Source: Candidatus Omnitrophota bacterium (GTDB lineage Bacteria > Omnitrophota > Gorgyraeia > Zapsychrales > Zapsychraceae). Taken from it: a DNA stretch of 64,000 nucleotides. The notes beneath the pieces are model-generated. The model was not told where the DNA came from, ran no database searches, and saw only the letters and a list, made by a program, of their open reading frames with translations. Below are positions 36,561-48,464 of the stretch, piece after piece (the stretch's first letter is position 1; each line of letters begins with the position of its first letter). The stretch spans positions 10,311 to 74,310 of the forward strand of contig JAIORP010000029.1 of NCBI GenBank assembly GCA_021108075.1, given 5' to 3'. Position numbers and translations under genes: made by a program.

Positions 36561-37799
36561 GTGAAAAAGAGAGTTGTCATAACAGGATTGGGCGTTCTCG
36601 CCAGTAATGGTGAGGGGAAAGACGCTTATTGGGAGTCCTTAGAAAAAGGCCAAGTCGGATATAAGCCGATCACCCTGTTCGATGCAGAGCCGTACCTCGT
36701 TAAGCAAGCCGGGGAGATTCGTGATTTTGACCCAAAGCAATACGTCGGGAAGAAAGGTTTGCGTTCATTAGATCGCAGCACAAAACTTTTAATATCCGTC
36801 GCGCGTTTAGCGATTGATGATAGCCATTTGGTCATTACGGACAACAATACCGATGAGGTTGGTGTGGCTGTCGGATCGACATTGGGCAGTTTGAAAAGCA
36901 TTAGTGATTTTGATGTCGTTACTTTGAAAGAAGGTCCACGATATACCAATCCTGCGCATTTTCCGAACACGGTCATCAATTCTCCCGCCAGCCAGGTCTC
37001 CATTTGGAATAATATTCAAGGGTTTAATACAACGATTTCAACAGGATTCACGGCGAGCCTCGACGCATTGACTTACGCGTATGATTTTATTCAGATGGAC
37101 CGGGCCAAGGTCGTTTTGGCTGGAGGGGTTGAAGAATTGTGTCGTGAGACGTTTCATGGGTTTTACCAGTTGAATTTCTTGTCAGGATCGATTCAGGACC
37201 AAGAGTTTATTAATTGTCCGTTTGACGCTCGTCGGAACGGGATCACCTTTGGGGAGGGTGCTTGCTTGATGCTCTTAGAAGATTATTCCCATGCTGTTGA
37301 TCGACGGGCCGCGGTTCTTGCGGAGGTCGCTGGTTTCGGTTATTATTTTGACCCCTACCGAATCAATAAATATAATCCTAAAGGTACAGGGATGATTCAA
37401 TCCATGAAGCGGGCTTTATTCTCCGCTCAAATGATCCCGGAAGATATCGATTGTATTTTTGCGAATGCCAACTCAACACAAGCGGCAGACTTAGTCGAAA
37501 CAGAAGCCATTAAAGATGTTTTTTCTAAATGGGCTTATAACGTGCCGGTCACGTCAATTAAGTCGATGGTCGGAGAGTGTTTTAGTGTTTCCGGGGCTTT
37601 ATCTGTTGCTGCAAGTCTGGGTAGCATTCAACGAAATTTTATCCCTGCCACGGTCGGCTATGAGACAGCTGATCCAGATTGCGATCTTGATTATACGCCT
37701 TGTCTCTCAACAACCGTAAAGCTCAACAATATCATGATTACGAATTTTAGCCCTTCAGGTAGTCATACTTGTTTGATCTTGAAACGTTTTCAAGCTTAA
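36561..37799 (+). CDS. Beta-ketoacyl-ACP synthase (KAS I/II, FabF-like) homologue lacking the Cys-His-His catalytic triad (predicted non-catalytic)
   Basis: 412 aa, collinear with FabF. The active-site Cys position reads STGFTAS (Cys to Phe). The first His block reads FANANSTQAAD (His to Asn). The second reads KSMVGECFSVSGA (His to Glu, Lys retained). Confidence 0.75.
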   Translation: MKKRVVITGLGVLASNGEGKDAYWESLEKGQVGYKPITLFDAEPYLVKQAGEIRDFDPKQYVGKKGLRSLDRSTKLLISVARLAIDDSHLVITDNNTDEVGVAVGSTLGSLKSISDFDVVTLKEGPRYTNPAHFPNTVINSPASQVSIWNNIQGFNTTISTGFTASLDALTYAYDFIQMDRAKVVLAGGVEELCRETFHGFYQLNFLSGSIQDQEFINCPFDARRNGITFGEGACLMLLEDYSHAVDRRAAVLAEVAGFGYYFDPYRINKYNPKGTGMIQSMKRALFSAQMIPEDIDCIFANANSTQAADLVETEAIKDVFSKWAYNVPVTSIKSMVGECFSVSGALSVAASLGSIQRNFIPATVGYETADPDCDLDYTPCLSTTVKLNNIMITNFSPSGSHTCLILKRFQA

Positions 37800-37826
37800 T
37801 CCTATTGATCTAGTAAGGAGACCGTC

Positions 37827-38579
37827 ATGAGCAATTCAAATGCTAAAGTTGCGATCATTACCGGTGGCGCGCGCGGAATCGGTCGTGCGATCGTTTTGGA
37901 ATTAGCGTCTCAGGGTTACAGTGTCGCTTTTAATTTTAAATCAAGCCATAAGGTCGCCGCTGAATTAGAGCAAGAGGTTCAAGCGCTGAACGCCACGGCA
38001 AAAGGATATGCCGTTGATATAGGAGATGGTGAGGCCGTTAAACAATGGATCGAGCGAGTCAAACAGGATTTTCGACGCATTGATGTGCTCGTGAATAATG
38101 CCGGGATTATTAGGGATAAAGCGCTGATGATGATGACGTTTGAGGACTGGCAAAGTGTTTTAGACACGAATTTGAATGGGATGTTTTATGCTGCACGAGC
38201 TTGTATTGTGAGTTTTCTGAAGCAGAAATCAGGTAAGATTTTAAATATTTCATCTGTTAGTGGCGTTTCTGGAATGGCACGCCAAACGAATTATTCTGCG
38301 TCAAAAGGGGGCATGAATGCTTTCACCAGGTCTTTAGCAAAAGAGGTTGCGGCCTACGGGATAACTGTGAATGCTCTTTGTCCGGGATTCATTGAAACGG
38401 ACATGTTGAGGGGTTTAAACGAAAAGCAAAGACAGGAATTTCAAGCAAGGATTCCTTTGGCTCGTTTTGGGAATGTCGATGATGTCGCGAAAACAGCAGC
38501 ATTTTTATTGTCGGAAGAAGCCGCATATATTACGGGCCAAATCATTCAGGTCGATGGTGGCTTGAATATGCGGTTTTAG
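37827..38579 (+). CDS. fabG: 3-oxoacyl-ACP reductase (SDR family)
   Basis: TGGARGIGRAI cofactor motif, NNAG, and the catalytic YSASKGG block. Confidence 0.8.
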   Translation: MSNSNAKVAIITGGARGIGRAIVLELASQGYSVAFNFKSSHKVAAELEQEVQALNATAKGYAVDIGDGEAVKQWIERVKQDFRRIDVLVNNAGIIRDKALMMMTFEDWQSVLDTNLNGMFYAARACIVSFLKQKSGKILNISSVSGVSGMARQTNYSASKGGMNAFTRSLAKEVAAYGITVNALCPGFIETDMLRGLNEKQRQEFQARIPLARFGNVDDVAKTAAFLLSEEAAYITGQIIQVDGGLNMRF

Positions 38580-38629
38580 TATTAAATATCTTTATCTGTA
38601 AAGAACTTTGATTAAAGAAAGGATATAAT

Positions 38630-39073
38630 ATGATTATAGACATAGCACAAATACAGAAGATCATTCCTCATCGATTCCCTTTTTTATTGATTGACCGCGT
38701 TATTGAATGTGAACCGAACGAAAAACTGGTTGCCATTAAGAATGTCTCGGTTAATGAGCCTTTTTTTGTCGGGCATTTCCCCGAGGAAAAAGTTATGCCA
38801 GGGGTTCTTATCGTTGAGGCCATGGCACAGGCCGGGTGCATTTATTATTATTATAGTAAAAATTTGCAGACAACCCATAATGACCTGGTCTTCTACTTGG
38901 CGAAGATAACAGCTAAGTTTAAAGCCCCGGTTATTCCAGGGGACCAGCTGCGCATAGAAGTCCGCTCGGTTAAACTATTATCAAAGGTTGGGTTTTTTAA
39001 AGCAGTTGGCTATGTCGGCGATAGGATAGTGGCGGAAGCTGAGATCGGTTTTAGTGTTAATACCCGGAAATAA
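38630..39073 (+). CDS. fabZ: 3-hydroxyacyl-ACP dehydratase
   Basis: HRFPFLLIDRV...HFP..PVMPGVLIVEAMAQ is the FabZ hotdog signature. Confidence 0.85.
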   Translation: MIIDIAQIQKIIPHRFPFLLIDRVIECEPNEKLVAIKNVSVNEPFFVGHFPEEKVMPGVLIVEAMAQAGCIYYYYSKNLQTTHNDLVFYLAKITAKFKAPVIPGDQLRIEVRSVKLLSKVGFFKAVGYVGDRIVAEAEIGFSVNTRK

Positions 39074-39129
39074 AAATGGCCGGCCCATCAACCTGATTCG
39101 TTTGGAGTGGCTTTTGAGTTAACATAAAA

Positions 39130-39597
39130 TTGAACGTTAGTTTTATCAGCCATGAAGGATATATGAAAGAAGATGAGATATTAAAAGGTTTGATTCCTTG
39201 GACGATTGATGAATTTAAGGACGTTAATGCTCATTTGTATCACCTGCTTCAGAGACCTAAGGACGATTGGGATTTTGCGGATATCAATCTGCCCATTGAT
39301 GTGTATGAACCGATCGGGCAAATCGCGCAATATATGAAAAAGAAATATGACGATGACAGCTTTTTTAAGGCTCATTTTATACGTTACAATAATATCTTGC
39401 GGTTTTTGAGGGAGTATAAAGGAAAATTAATCCATTCAGGTTTTTTAGAAGACGGGGCGATTCCCTTGATTAAAGATCAATTGTTAAAGTGCCTTTGCGT
39501 GATGCCATTTAGCGAACTGAGATTAACGGATGAAGGATTTATGGATTATTGTTTTGATTTGAACGAGGTGATTCTCAAGACCAAAGAAATGATGTGA
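39130..39597 (+). CDS. hypothetical protein
   Basis: 155-aa ORF co-directional with the fab-like trio. No motif recognised. Confidence 0.4.
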   Translation: MNVSFISHEGYMKEDEILKGLIPWTIDEFKDVNAHLYHLLQRPKDDWDFADINLPIDVYEPIGQIAQYMKKKYDDDSFFKAHFIRYNNILRFLREYKGKLIHSGFLEDGAIPLIKDQLLKCLCVMPFSELRLTDEGFMDYCFDLNEVILKTKEMM

Positions 39598-39758
39598 TCT
39601 GTTGGGATTCATGACTTGAATGGTGTTCTTTGTCGTGTTCTATGGTTGTGGCTTTAGGATGTCGTTTGTTGTCATTGATGGCTGTCCGTCCCATATTGAC
39701 GAACAAAGTCTGAAATGATAGACTATTTTTTTGTTATTGTTGACTACGGAAATGTAAC

Positions 39759-39832
39759 CGGGGCGTAGCGCAGCCGGCTAGCGCGCAACGTTCGGGACGT
39801 TGAGGTCGACGGTTCGAATCCGTCCGCCCCGA
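39759..39832 (+). tRNA. tRNA-Pro (anticodon CGG)
   Basis: Acceptor CGGGGCG/CGCCCCG, anticodon stem CAACG/CGTTG with loop TTCGGGA, T-arm GACGGTTCGAATCCGTC. TTGACT lies about 25 nt upstream. Confidence 0.85.
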
Positions 39833-39864
39833 TTATTTTAGACATCAACCTATCTTATCAAGAG

Positions 39865-40350
39865 GTGACCATGCGAAGCAGAGTCGCTCCGATCATTTTT
39901 TTTGTTATTTTTGCTATTGCTGGTGGAATTGTCACTAAAATAGGTTTTGGGATTTATCAAAATGCTAAAAAAAGCATGGAATGGCCAACCGTGAATGGTG
40001 CTGTCACATCATCAGAGATAGAACGCAACCATAGTTCTGGATCAGGTTCATCTTCGACAACATATGGGGCAGACATCGCCTATGACTATCAAATCAAGGG
40101 GGAAACATATTCTGCGAACAAAGTGTCGTTTGGGGAATACAGTTCAAGTGATATCGGTCATGCCCGAAAAATTGTTAATAAATATCCCGTTGGCAAAGTC
40201 GTGAACGTTTATTATAATCCGGATGATCTTTATATTGCTGTGTTGGAACCGGGAATTTTTTGGAGTAGCTATATAGTCTTCGTTCTAGGCCTTATTTTTT
40301 TTTCAGTCGGTTTTTTTGGCGCGATAGGCACATTGCTTTTTGGCCATTAA
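39865..40350 (+). CDS. hypothetical membrane protein
   Basis: N-terminal and C-terminal TM helices flank a Ser/Gly-rich soluble domain. Confidence 0.45.
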   Translation: MTMRSRVAPIIFFVIFAIAGGIVTKIGFGIYQNAKKSMEWPTVNGAVTSSEIERNHSSGSGSSSTTYGADIAYDYQIKGETYSANKVSFGEYSSSDIGHARKIVNKYPVGKVVNVYYNPDDLYIAVLEPGIFWSSYIVFVLGLIFFSVGFFGAIGTLLFGH

Positions 40351-40363
40351 ATTATTTTAAACC

Positions 40364-41143
40364 ATGGAGGGCACAATGGCGGATGTAATCGATTTTAAAA
40401 TATTTGGGGATGATATGCAGATGGTTGAAATTGAGTTAGATCCCGCTGAAGGGATTCGTGCCGAAGCTGGGGCGATGATGTACATGGAAGATGGGATTGA
40501 AATGCAAACGTCAACGGGTGGCGGTCTTTTTAAAGGTTTTAAACGTATGATTACCGGGGAGAGTTTTTTTATTACGACATATTTGAATAGTGGTCAGGGA
40601 AAAGGACACGTTGCCTTTGGCGCGCCTTATCCAGGAAAGATTATACCGTTAGATTTGAGTCAAGTTGGGGGGACGTTTATTTGTCAAAAAGATGCTTTTC
40701 TGTGCGCGGCAAACGGAACGGACATTGATATCGCATTTACGAAGCGTTTTGGTGCTGGTTTATTCGGGGGTGAAGGTTTTATTTTGCAGAAATTGACGGG
40801 AGACGGCTATGCGTTTATTCATGCCGGTGGGGCTGTTATAAAAAAGGAATTGTCTGTGGGGGAGCGTTTGCGCATCGATACCGGCTGCCTGGTTGGGCTT
40901 GCGCCGACGGTTGATTATGATATCAAATTCATCGGAGGGTTTAAAAATGCTTTGTTCGGCGGAGAAGGGCTTTTCTTGGCGACCTTAACCGGACCGGGTT
41001 TAGTGTATTTACAGAGTTTGCCGTTTTCCCGACTGGCTGACAGGATACTCGCCGCTGCAAGTTTCCGTCGAACTGGCGAGAAAAAGGGGCTGGGGGGAGT
41101 CGGCGGTTCGGTCTTGGGAAATTTATTACAGGGTGATGGATAA
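40364..41143 (+). CDS. AIM24/TIGR00266-family protein (DUF124)
   Basis: Repeated G-rich beta-strand motifs ([20 protein letters not shown]...[17 protein letters not shown]), typical of this family. Confidence 0.55.
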   Translation: MEGTMADVIDFKIFGDDMQMVEIELDPAEGIRAEAGAMMYMEDGIEMQTSTGGGLFKGFKRMITGESFFITTYLNSGQGKGHVAFGAPYPGKIIPLDLSQVGGTFICQKDAFLCAANGTDIDIAFTKRFGAGLFGGEGFILQKLTGDGYAFIHAGGAVIKKELSVGERLRIDTGCLVGLAPTVDYDIKFIGGFKNALFGGEGLFLATLTGPGLVYLQSLPFSRLADRILAAASFRRTGEKKGLGGVGGSVLGNLLQGDG

Positions 41144-41154
41144 ATTCGTCATAG

Positions 41155-41421
41155 ATGAAAGCGCATATTTTATATTCAGGGTTAGTGCAGGGTGTTGGAT
41201 TTCGTTACATGACTCAACGATACGCGAGTCAACGGGGCTTGACCGGGTGGGTTAAAAATTTAGTCGATGGCTCAGTTGAAGTTTTGGCCGAGGGGCCAAA
41301 GGCAGATATCTTGGGACTGTGTCAGGATGTTGAGGGGCATTTTGGAAATTATGTCAAAGATAAAAAAGTAGCATGGGAAGACACCTCCCATCAATTCGCT
41401 GATTTTAAGATTACTTATTGA
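41155..41421 (+). CDS. acyP: acylphosphatase
   Basis: [34 protein letters not shown] is the acylphosphatase signature. Confidence 0.8.
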   Translation: MKAHILYSGLVQGVGFRYMTQRYASQRGLTGWVKNLVDGSVEVLAEGPKADILGLCQDVEGHFGNYVKDKKVAWEDTSHQFADFKITY

Positions 41422-41476
41422 CGATGAGTGGGCGATTTTTTTCGTCCCGTTCAGCAAAATCTTTGGGCTTAGTGCC

Positions 41477-42232
41477 TTGATTGTTCCACAAAATTTTTTT
41501 CATACCATGAAATACGCCATAATTTCAGATATCCATAATAATTTTGAAGCCTTGACCAATGTTCTTAGCGCCTGTCGGCTACACAGGGTAGAACAAATTT
41601 ATTGCGCTGGGGATATTGTGGGTTACGCGGCAAATCCAATCGAATGCCTGCAGCTTGTCCGGGAAACAAATATAATGTGTGTCGCCGGGAACCATGATTG
41701 GGCCGTTTGCGGTCGGTTGGACGCGATGTATTTTAACGAGTGGGGAAAAGTCGGCATTGAATATACTCGGAACAATCTGTCATTATCTGATTTTGAGTTT
41801 TTGGCCAATCTGGAATTGTCCTATGCCAATCCGGATTTAGTGATTGTGCACGGGACCCTCAATCAGCCGGAAGCTTTTCAATATCTAGATGATATTACAA
41901 AAGTTCCTGACACCTGTTCTTTGATGAAAGCCCCTGTTTGTTTTGTCGGGCATACGCATGAACCTAAAATATATATCAAAAAAGGTAACAATATCTATTA
42001 TTCTGATGTCCTCGATGTCGAGATGAAAGACGATGCGCAATATATTATTAATGTTGGTAGCGTTGGACAGCCTCGGGATGGAAATCCATTGGCAAGTTTT
42101 TGTGTATATGATTCTGTTGATAGGTCGGTAACGATTCACCGAATTCCTTATGATATTCAAGCTGCGCAAGAGAAGATTATCGCAGCCGGTTTACCGGAAT
42201 ATGTCGCCCACCGTTTATCCCTTGGGCAATGA
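41477..42232 (+). CDS. metallophosphoesterase (calcineurin-like)
   Basis: ISDIHNN, GDIVGYAANP, GNHD and GHTHEP metal-binding blocks. Confidence 0.7.
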   Translation: MIVPQNFFHTMKYAIISDIHNNFEALTNVLSACRLHRVEQIYCAGDIVGYAANPIECLQLVRETNIMCVAGNHDWAVCGRLDAMYFNEWGKVGIEYTRNNLSLSDFEFLANLELSYANPDLVIVHGTLNQPEAFQYLDDITKVPDTCSLMKAPVCFVGHTHEPKIYIKKGNNIYYSDVLDVEMKDDAQYIINVGSVGQPRDGNPLASFCVYDSVDRSVTIHRIPYDIQAAQEKIIAAGLPEYVAHRLSLGQ

Positions 42233-42235
42233 TGA

Positions 42236-44254
<2,019 letters not shown>

Positions 44255-44256
44255 TT

Positions 44257-44365
44257 ATACTAATCCCATTAAATAATCGCCAAAACCGGTTTTGTTTTTC
44301 TTGACGTTAAGGCAAGAATATCAAAATTGAAATAGAACAATTAATTAATGGATTTAGTATTATTG
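44257..44365 (+). repeat. Copy D of the conserved intergenic element
   Basis: atactaatcccattaaataatcgccaaaaccggttttgtttttcttgacgttaaggcaagaatatcaaaattgaaatagaacaattaattaatggatttagtattatt; terminal inverted repeats atactaatcccattaa / ttaatggatttagtat; internal hairpin TTCTTG-N9-CAAGAA. Confidence 0.6.
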
Positions 44366-44369
44366 AATT

Positions 44370-44933
44370 TTGTTATTAAAAGGAGTCTATATGGTTTTGA
44401 GATCTGTGGAAAAACATAAATTCTGGGTTTTAGGGATATGCTTTTTCCTTGTTGCAATGAGTTTGAGTGGATGTTCTTCTTTGAGAAAGAAATTTGTGCG
44501 ACAAAAAAAGAAAGGCAAGCAAGTTGAGAAAGAATTTATCCCGGTGCTTGATCCCAGGGATTATGAGCCGATTGTTTTTATGGCGGAAGAAAAGTATCGG
44601 CATCATTACAACCTTTGGAAAGTGTGGGAGAAATCTTTGAATCAAGCGGTTATGGAGAATGAAGGGGAGAAAAGACTATTATATTCTATTAACCAGTTGT
44701 TGGTGCATGTGTGTGAAATGCGAAAAAGGATTGTCGGCGAAAAACATCACATGTTTGATGATATTATCGAAGGTTATGAAAAAATTCAGAAAGGTTTTCA
44801 AAACCCTGATCCGATTGGTTTGTCAAGCCGGGTTGAACGTCAGTTACGGAGGCTGGAGAAAAAAACGCGCAATGGACTGCATCCCGATAAGGTCAAAGAA
44901 TATTACGTCATGCAACAGGAAATCATATATTAA
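44370..44933 (+). CDS. Putative lipoprotein (hypothetical)
   Basis: Signal peptide with lipobox LSGC. The true start is probably the internal Met at 44391. Confidence 0.5.
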   Translation: MLLKGVYMVLRSVEKHKFWVLGICFFLVAMSLSGCSSLRKKFVRQKKKGKQVEKEFIPVLDPRDYEPIVFMAEEKYRHHYNLWKVWEKSLNQAVMENEGEKRLLYSINQLLVHVCEMRKRIVGEKHHMFDDIIEGYEKIQKGFQNPDPIGLSSRVERQLRRLEKKTRNGLHPDKVKEYYVMQQEIIY

Positions 44934-44942
44934 GGATGAACT

Positions 44943-45839
44943 ATGACCGACCATGAAGCAACGATTGAACAATTTATGGATTACCTGGTCATTGAGCGGG
45001 GCCTGGCTGAAAATACGATTTTGGCCTATCGACGGGATTTGATTAAATATTTGCACTTCATGATAATAAAATTGGGTCGTTCATTGACAAGTATTCAAAG
45101 AGATGATATTACCCGTTTTATGTTGGATGAAAAGGATAAGGGCTTATCGGCGAATTCCATCAGCCGGGCGTTGGCGGCGATTAAAATGTTTCATCGTTTT
45201 CTTGTCCGCGAAAGAATCAGCAAACAGGATCCCTCCACACTGGTTGAAACCCCGAAGTTATGGAAAAAAGTTCCAGATGTTTTGAGTGTGGAAGAAATCG
45301 AAAAGATGATCCATGCTTCAAAGGGTAAACACTGGCAAGCCATCCGTGATAATGCCATATTGGAATTATTTTATGCCAGCGGAGTCCGTGTATCGGAGTT
45401 GACACATCTAAAACTAGAAAATATTAACTTGGAAATAGGGTATATTCGCTGTATCGGCAAGGGGCGCAAGGAAAGGCTGATCCCCATCGGAAAGAGAGCC
45501 AGAGTTGCCTTGCAGAAGTATTGTGATTTAGTCCGTCGGGGATTACTGAAAGATCAGACGATACAGACTGTTTTTTTGAGTCGGTTGGGAAAGAAAATAA
45601 GTCGGCAAAGCATTTGGAAGCTTATTAAGCAATACGCCCAGAAAGCGGGCATAAAGAAAACTATCAAACCGCATACCTTGCGGCATAGTTTTGCCACGCA
45701 TTTATTGGAACATGGCGCAGATTTAAGGGCTGTTCAGGAGATGTTAGGGCACTCCGACATATCTACTACACAGATATACACACATGTTGACAAAGAACGG
45801 TTAAGATCAATTCATAAACAGTATCATCCAAGGGGATGA
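44943..45839 (+). CDS. xerD: Tyrosine site-specific recombinase XerD/XerC
   Basis: N-terminal LAENTILAYRRDL, and catalytic R...HxxR...Y residues (LRHSFATHLLEHGADLRAVQEMLGHSDISTTQIYTHV). Confidence 0.8.
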   Translation: MTDHEATIEQFMDYLVIERGLAENTILAYRRDLIKYLHFMIIKLGRSLTSIQRDDITRFMLDEKDKGLSANSISRALAAIKMFHRFLVRERISKQDPSTLVETPKLWKKVPDVLSVEEIEKMIHASKGKHWQAIRDNAILELFYASGVRVSELTHLKLENINLEIGYIRCIGKGRKERLIPIGKRARVALQKYCDLVRRGLLKDQTIQTVFLSRLGKKISRQSIWKLIKQYAQKAGIKKTIKPHTLRHSFATHLLEHGADLRAVQEMLGHSDISTTQIYTHVDKERLRSIHKQYHPRG

Positions 45840-45866
45840 TGTTAGAAAAATGATGGAATGTAAGGC

Positions 45867-47138
45867 GTGAACGATTATTTAAAACAACTACCGGGACCTT
45901 TATTAAAAATTATACGGGAAATTGGCCAGGTTTCTGACGATTTGAATCTTGTTGCGTTTTTGGTCGGTGGTATTGTCAGAGATTGTATCCTCGAACGCAG
46001 TAATTTTGATGTTGACATTGTTGTGGAGGGGAAGGCCCGTGTTCTGGCAAAAGCATTAGCTGGACGATGGAATTGCCGGATTGTTTTGCACAAACAGTTT
46101 CAGACGGCAACATTGTTTTATAAGAATTTTTTGATAGACATTTCATCCGCCAGAAATGAAACGTATGATAAGCCCGGGGCATTGCCGATTGTTCAACCAG
46201 GTACAGTAGCAGAGGACCTGTTCCGGCGGGACTTTACGATCAACGCGTTAGCTGTATGTCTGAATAAACGGCACAATGGGCAATTGCTTGATCCCCTGGG
46301 AGGGTTCAGTGATTTGATCAAAGGCAAAATTAGAATCATGCATGATCACAGTTTTTTAGATGATCCAACCCGTATATTACGCGCCGTTCGGTTTCAGAAA
46401 AGGTATAAATTTTCTCTATCAGACCGGACGCGACAATGTCTTAAGTTGGCCATACGGTCAAATTGTGAACGGACGGTGACTTCGCAACGACTTTTTGTGG
46501 AGTTCAAGAAGATTATGAAAGAGGCCGACCCGTTGCCGGCCTTAAAAATGTTGAATCGGACCAGGTTTTTGCGATTTATTAAACCTCAGGCGACATTTAA
46601 TTATCATCTTGTCCGCAGTGTTCAGCATTTTTATGATTCAAATCCTCGTTTATCCGTGCTATTTGAGGATGAGGACTTCCGCTGGTTAAGTTATTTCTTA
46701 GCTTTCATCTCCTTTTTTGACGCGGATGCCCGCAATGCATTGGTGAGAAGATTTCATTTCACAAAACATGAAAAAAAAAGTATCATAGATGCTCTGTATA
46801 AAGAGCGTTCGGGGAAAATCCTTTCATCCAGGAATATAAAAAAGAGCAGAATATTTAAAGAGCTAAAGAAGTTTAATGTTCCGACCCTGATTTTCTTTCG
46901 ATGCGCCATGCCGTCTCAAGATCGAAAAGAGGGTATCCAGTGGTATTTGGATAAGGGGCGTTATTTTCAATTATCCCTGACAGGTGAAGATTTGAAGGAA
47001 ATGGGTGTTTCTCCGGGGCATCGGATGGGAGAAATTTTAAGTAATGTTTTGGACCACAAAATCGACTACAATTTGAAGTCCAGAAAGGCGGAATTGCTCG
47101 TGGCAAAAAAGTTTATTGGATCAATTGAGTCGCCCTAA
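45867..47138 (+). CDS. cca: tRNA nucleotidyltransferase (CCA-adding) / poly(A) polymerase family protein
   Basis: Pol-beta head GGIVRDCIL..DVDIVV and the RRDFTINA motif. Confidence 0.7.
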   Translation: MNDYLKQLPGPLLKIIREIGQVSDDLNLVAFLVGGIVRDCILERSNFDVDIVVEGKARVLAKALAGRWNCRIVLHKQFQTATLFYKNFLIDISSARNETYDKPGALPIVQPGTVAEDLFRRDFTINALAVCLNKRHNGQLLDPLGGFSDLIKGKIRIMHDHSFLDDPTRILRAVRFQKRYKFSLSDRTRQCLKLAIRSNCERTVTSQRLFVEFKKIMKEADPLPALKMLNRTRFLRFIKPQATFNYHLVRSVQHFYDSNPRLSVLFEDEDFRWLSYFLAFISFFDADARNALVRRFHFTKHEKKSIIDALYKERSGKILSSRNIKKSRIFKELKKFNVPTLIFFRCAMPSQDRKEGIQWYLDKGRYFQLSLTGEDLKEMGVSPGHRMGEILSNVLDHKIDYNLKSRKAELLVAKKFIGSIESP

Positions 47139-47164
47139 ATCATTAAAAGGCTTGGAGTTCATCA

Positions 47165-47515
47165 ATGGGACGAATAGAGAAAGTCAATCAGCAATTAAAA
47201 AAAGACATCAGCCGAATTATTCGCAAGGAACTGAGTGATCCCCGGTTTACTTTTATTACGATTACGCATGTTGAAACAAGCAAGGACTTAAGGCAGGCCA
47301 AAGTCTTTTTTTCTTTGTTAGGGGAAACAGACCAGATAGAGGGCATATTGTCGAGCCTGGATCGCGTTAGAGGCATCATCCGAAAATATGTTGGCAAATG
47401 TATCACGATGCGTTATACTCCAGAGTTGCATTTTTTTTATGATAGTTCCATCAAAGAAAGCGCGCGTCTAGAGGAGACATTTAAGGAGATTCACAATGAG
47501 TTGGGAGAAAGTTAA
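47165..47515 (+). CDS. rbfA: ribosome-binding factor A
   Basis: RIEKVNQQLKKDISRII...DPRF.FITITHVE..DLR.AKVFFS are the RbfA KH-like blocks. Confidence 0.85.
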   Translation: MGRIEKVNQQLKKDISRIIRKELSDPRFTFITITHVETSKDLRQAKVFFSLLGETDQIEGILSSLDRVRGIIRKYVGKCITMRYTPELHFFYDSSIKESARLEETFKEIHNELGES

Positions 47516-48464
47516 ATCTCTGATAAAGAGCAAGAATGATTTTGTTATTACGACCCATTTAAATCCTGATCCGGACGCTTTGTGTTCTGAGTTGGCGTTG
47601 CACACCGGGCTTAAGAAGCTCGGTAAAAAAGTTCAGATTATCAATGACGAACCACTTCCGGATAGATTCTCTTTTTTGCCCTCTGCGAACAAAATCAAAG
47701 GTTTCCAACCTTATATGAAACTCGCTGATCGTGTTTTGATCGTGCTGGATTGTGGAGAGTTAAATCGTATTGGAAAAGTTGAACAATTGGTTACCGATGA
47801 TGCCATGATCATTAATATTGATCATCATGTGACCAATGATGATTTCGGAAGCGTTAATGTTGTCGATCATCTCGCCTCATCAACGGCACAAATGATTTAT
47901 GAGATGCACCAGGTTTTAAAGGTTTCTTTAACGCGGGATAGCGCATTATGCCTCTACACAGGAATTATGGCTGACACAGGTTCTTTTGTTTATGACAATA
48001 CGACAGCGCAAACCCACGCGATTGTCGCTCATCTGATGGGATTTGATTTTTCCGCCTATGACGTATATCGCCAATTGTATGAACAAGTTCCCCTCGAGGA
48101 TTTGAAATCGTTGAACAAGATCGTCAGCCGGTTTGATGCCTTGTATGATGATAAGGTGATCGTTGTTGATTTAAAGAAAAGGATATTCAAAAAGTTTTCT
48201 GAGAATTTTGATTTACGGGATAAAATTTTTAAAACTTTGCGTACAATACGCGGGTCGGAAATTTATGTGATTTTTTCTGAAGAGAAAAGGAATAAGACCC
48301 AAGTCAATTTTAGGTCGTCGGGTAAAGTCGATGTTGCCAGTCTCGCGAGATGTTACGGGGGGGGCGGTCATAAAAAAGCAAGTGGATGCACGTTGGATCA
48401 AGATTTTAAAACAACAAAGGCTATTGTTCTAAAGCAAGTCCAGAAACTGGTAAGTGAATTATGA
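47496..48464 (+). CDS. nrnA: DHH-family phosphoesterase (NrnA-like oligoribonuclease/pAp phosphatase)
   Basis: DHH motifs (HLNPDPDALCS; IDHH) and a DHHA1 GGGH block (GGGGHKKASG). Confidence 0.7.
   Translation: MSWEKVKSLIKSKNDFVITTHLNPDPDALCSELALHTGLKKLGKKVQIINDEPLPDRFSFLPSANKIKGFQPYMKLADRVLIVLDCGELNRIGKVEQLVTDDAMIINIDHHVTNDDFGSVNVVDHLASSTAQMIYEMHQVLKVSLTRDSALCLYTGIMADTGSFVYDNTTAQTHAIVAHLMGFDFSAYDVYRQLYEQVPLEDLKSLNKIVSRFDALYDDKVIVVDLKKRIFKKFSENFDLRDKIFKTLRTIRGSEIYVIFSEEKRNKTQVNFRSSGKVDVASLARCYGGGGHKKASGCTLDQDFKTTKAIVLKQVQKLVSEL

Noticed and set aside
44659-44946. 95-aa ORF overlapping the lipoprotein gene in another frame
   Set aside because: Completely overlapped by the 44370-44933 ORF, which has a proper signal peptide and lipobox. 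The alternative frame has no start context.
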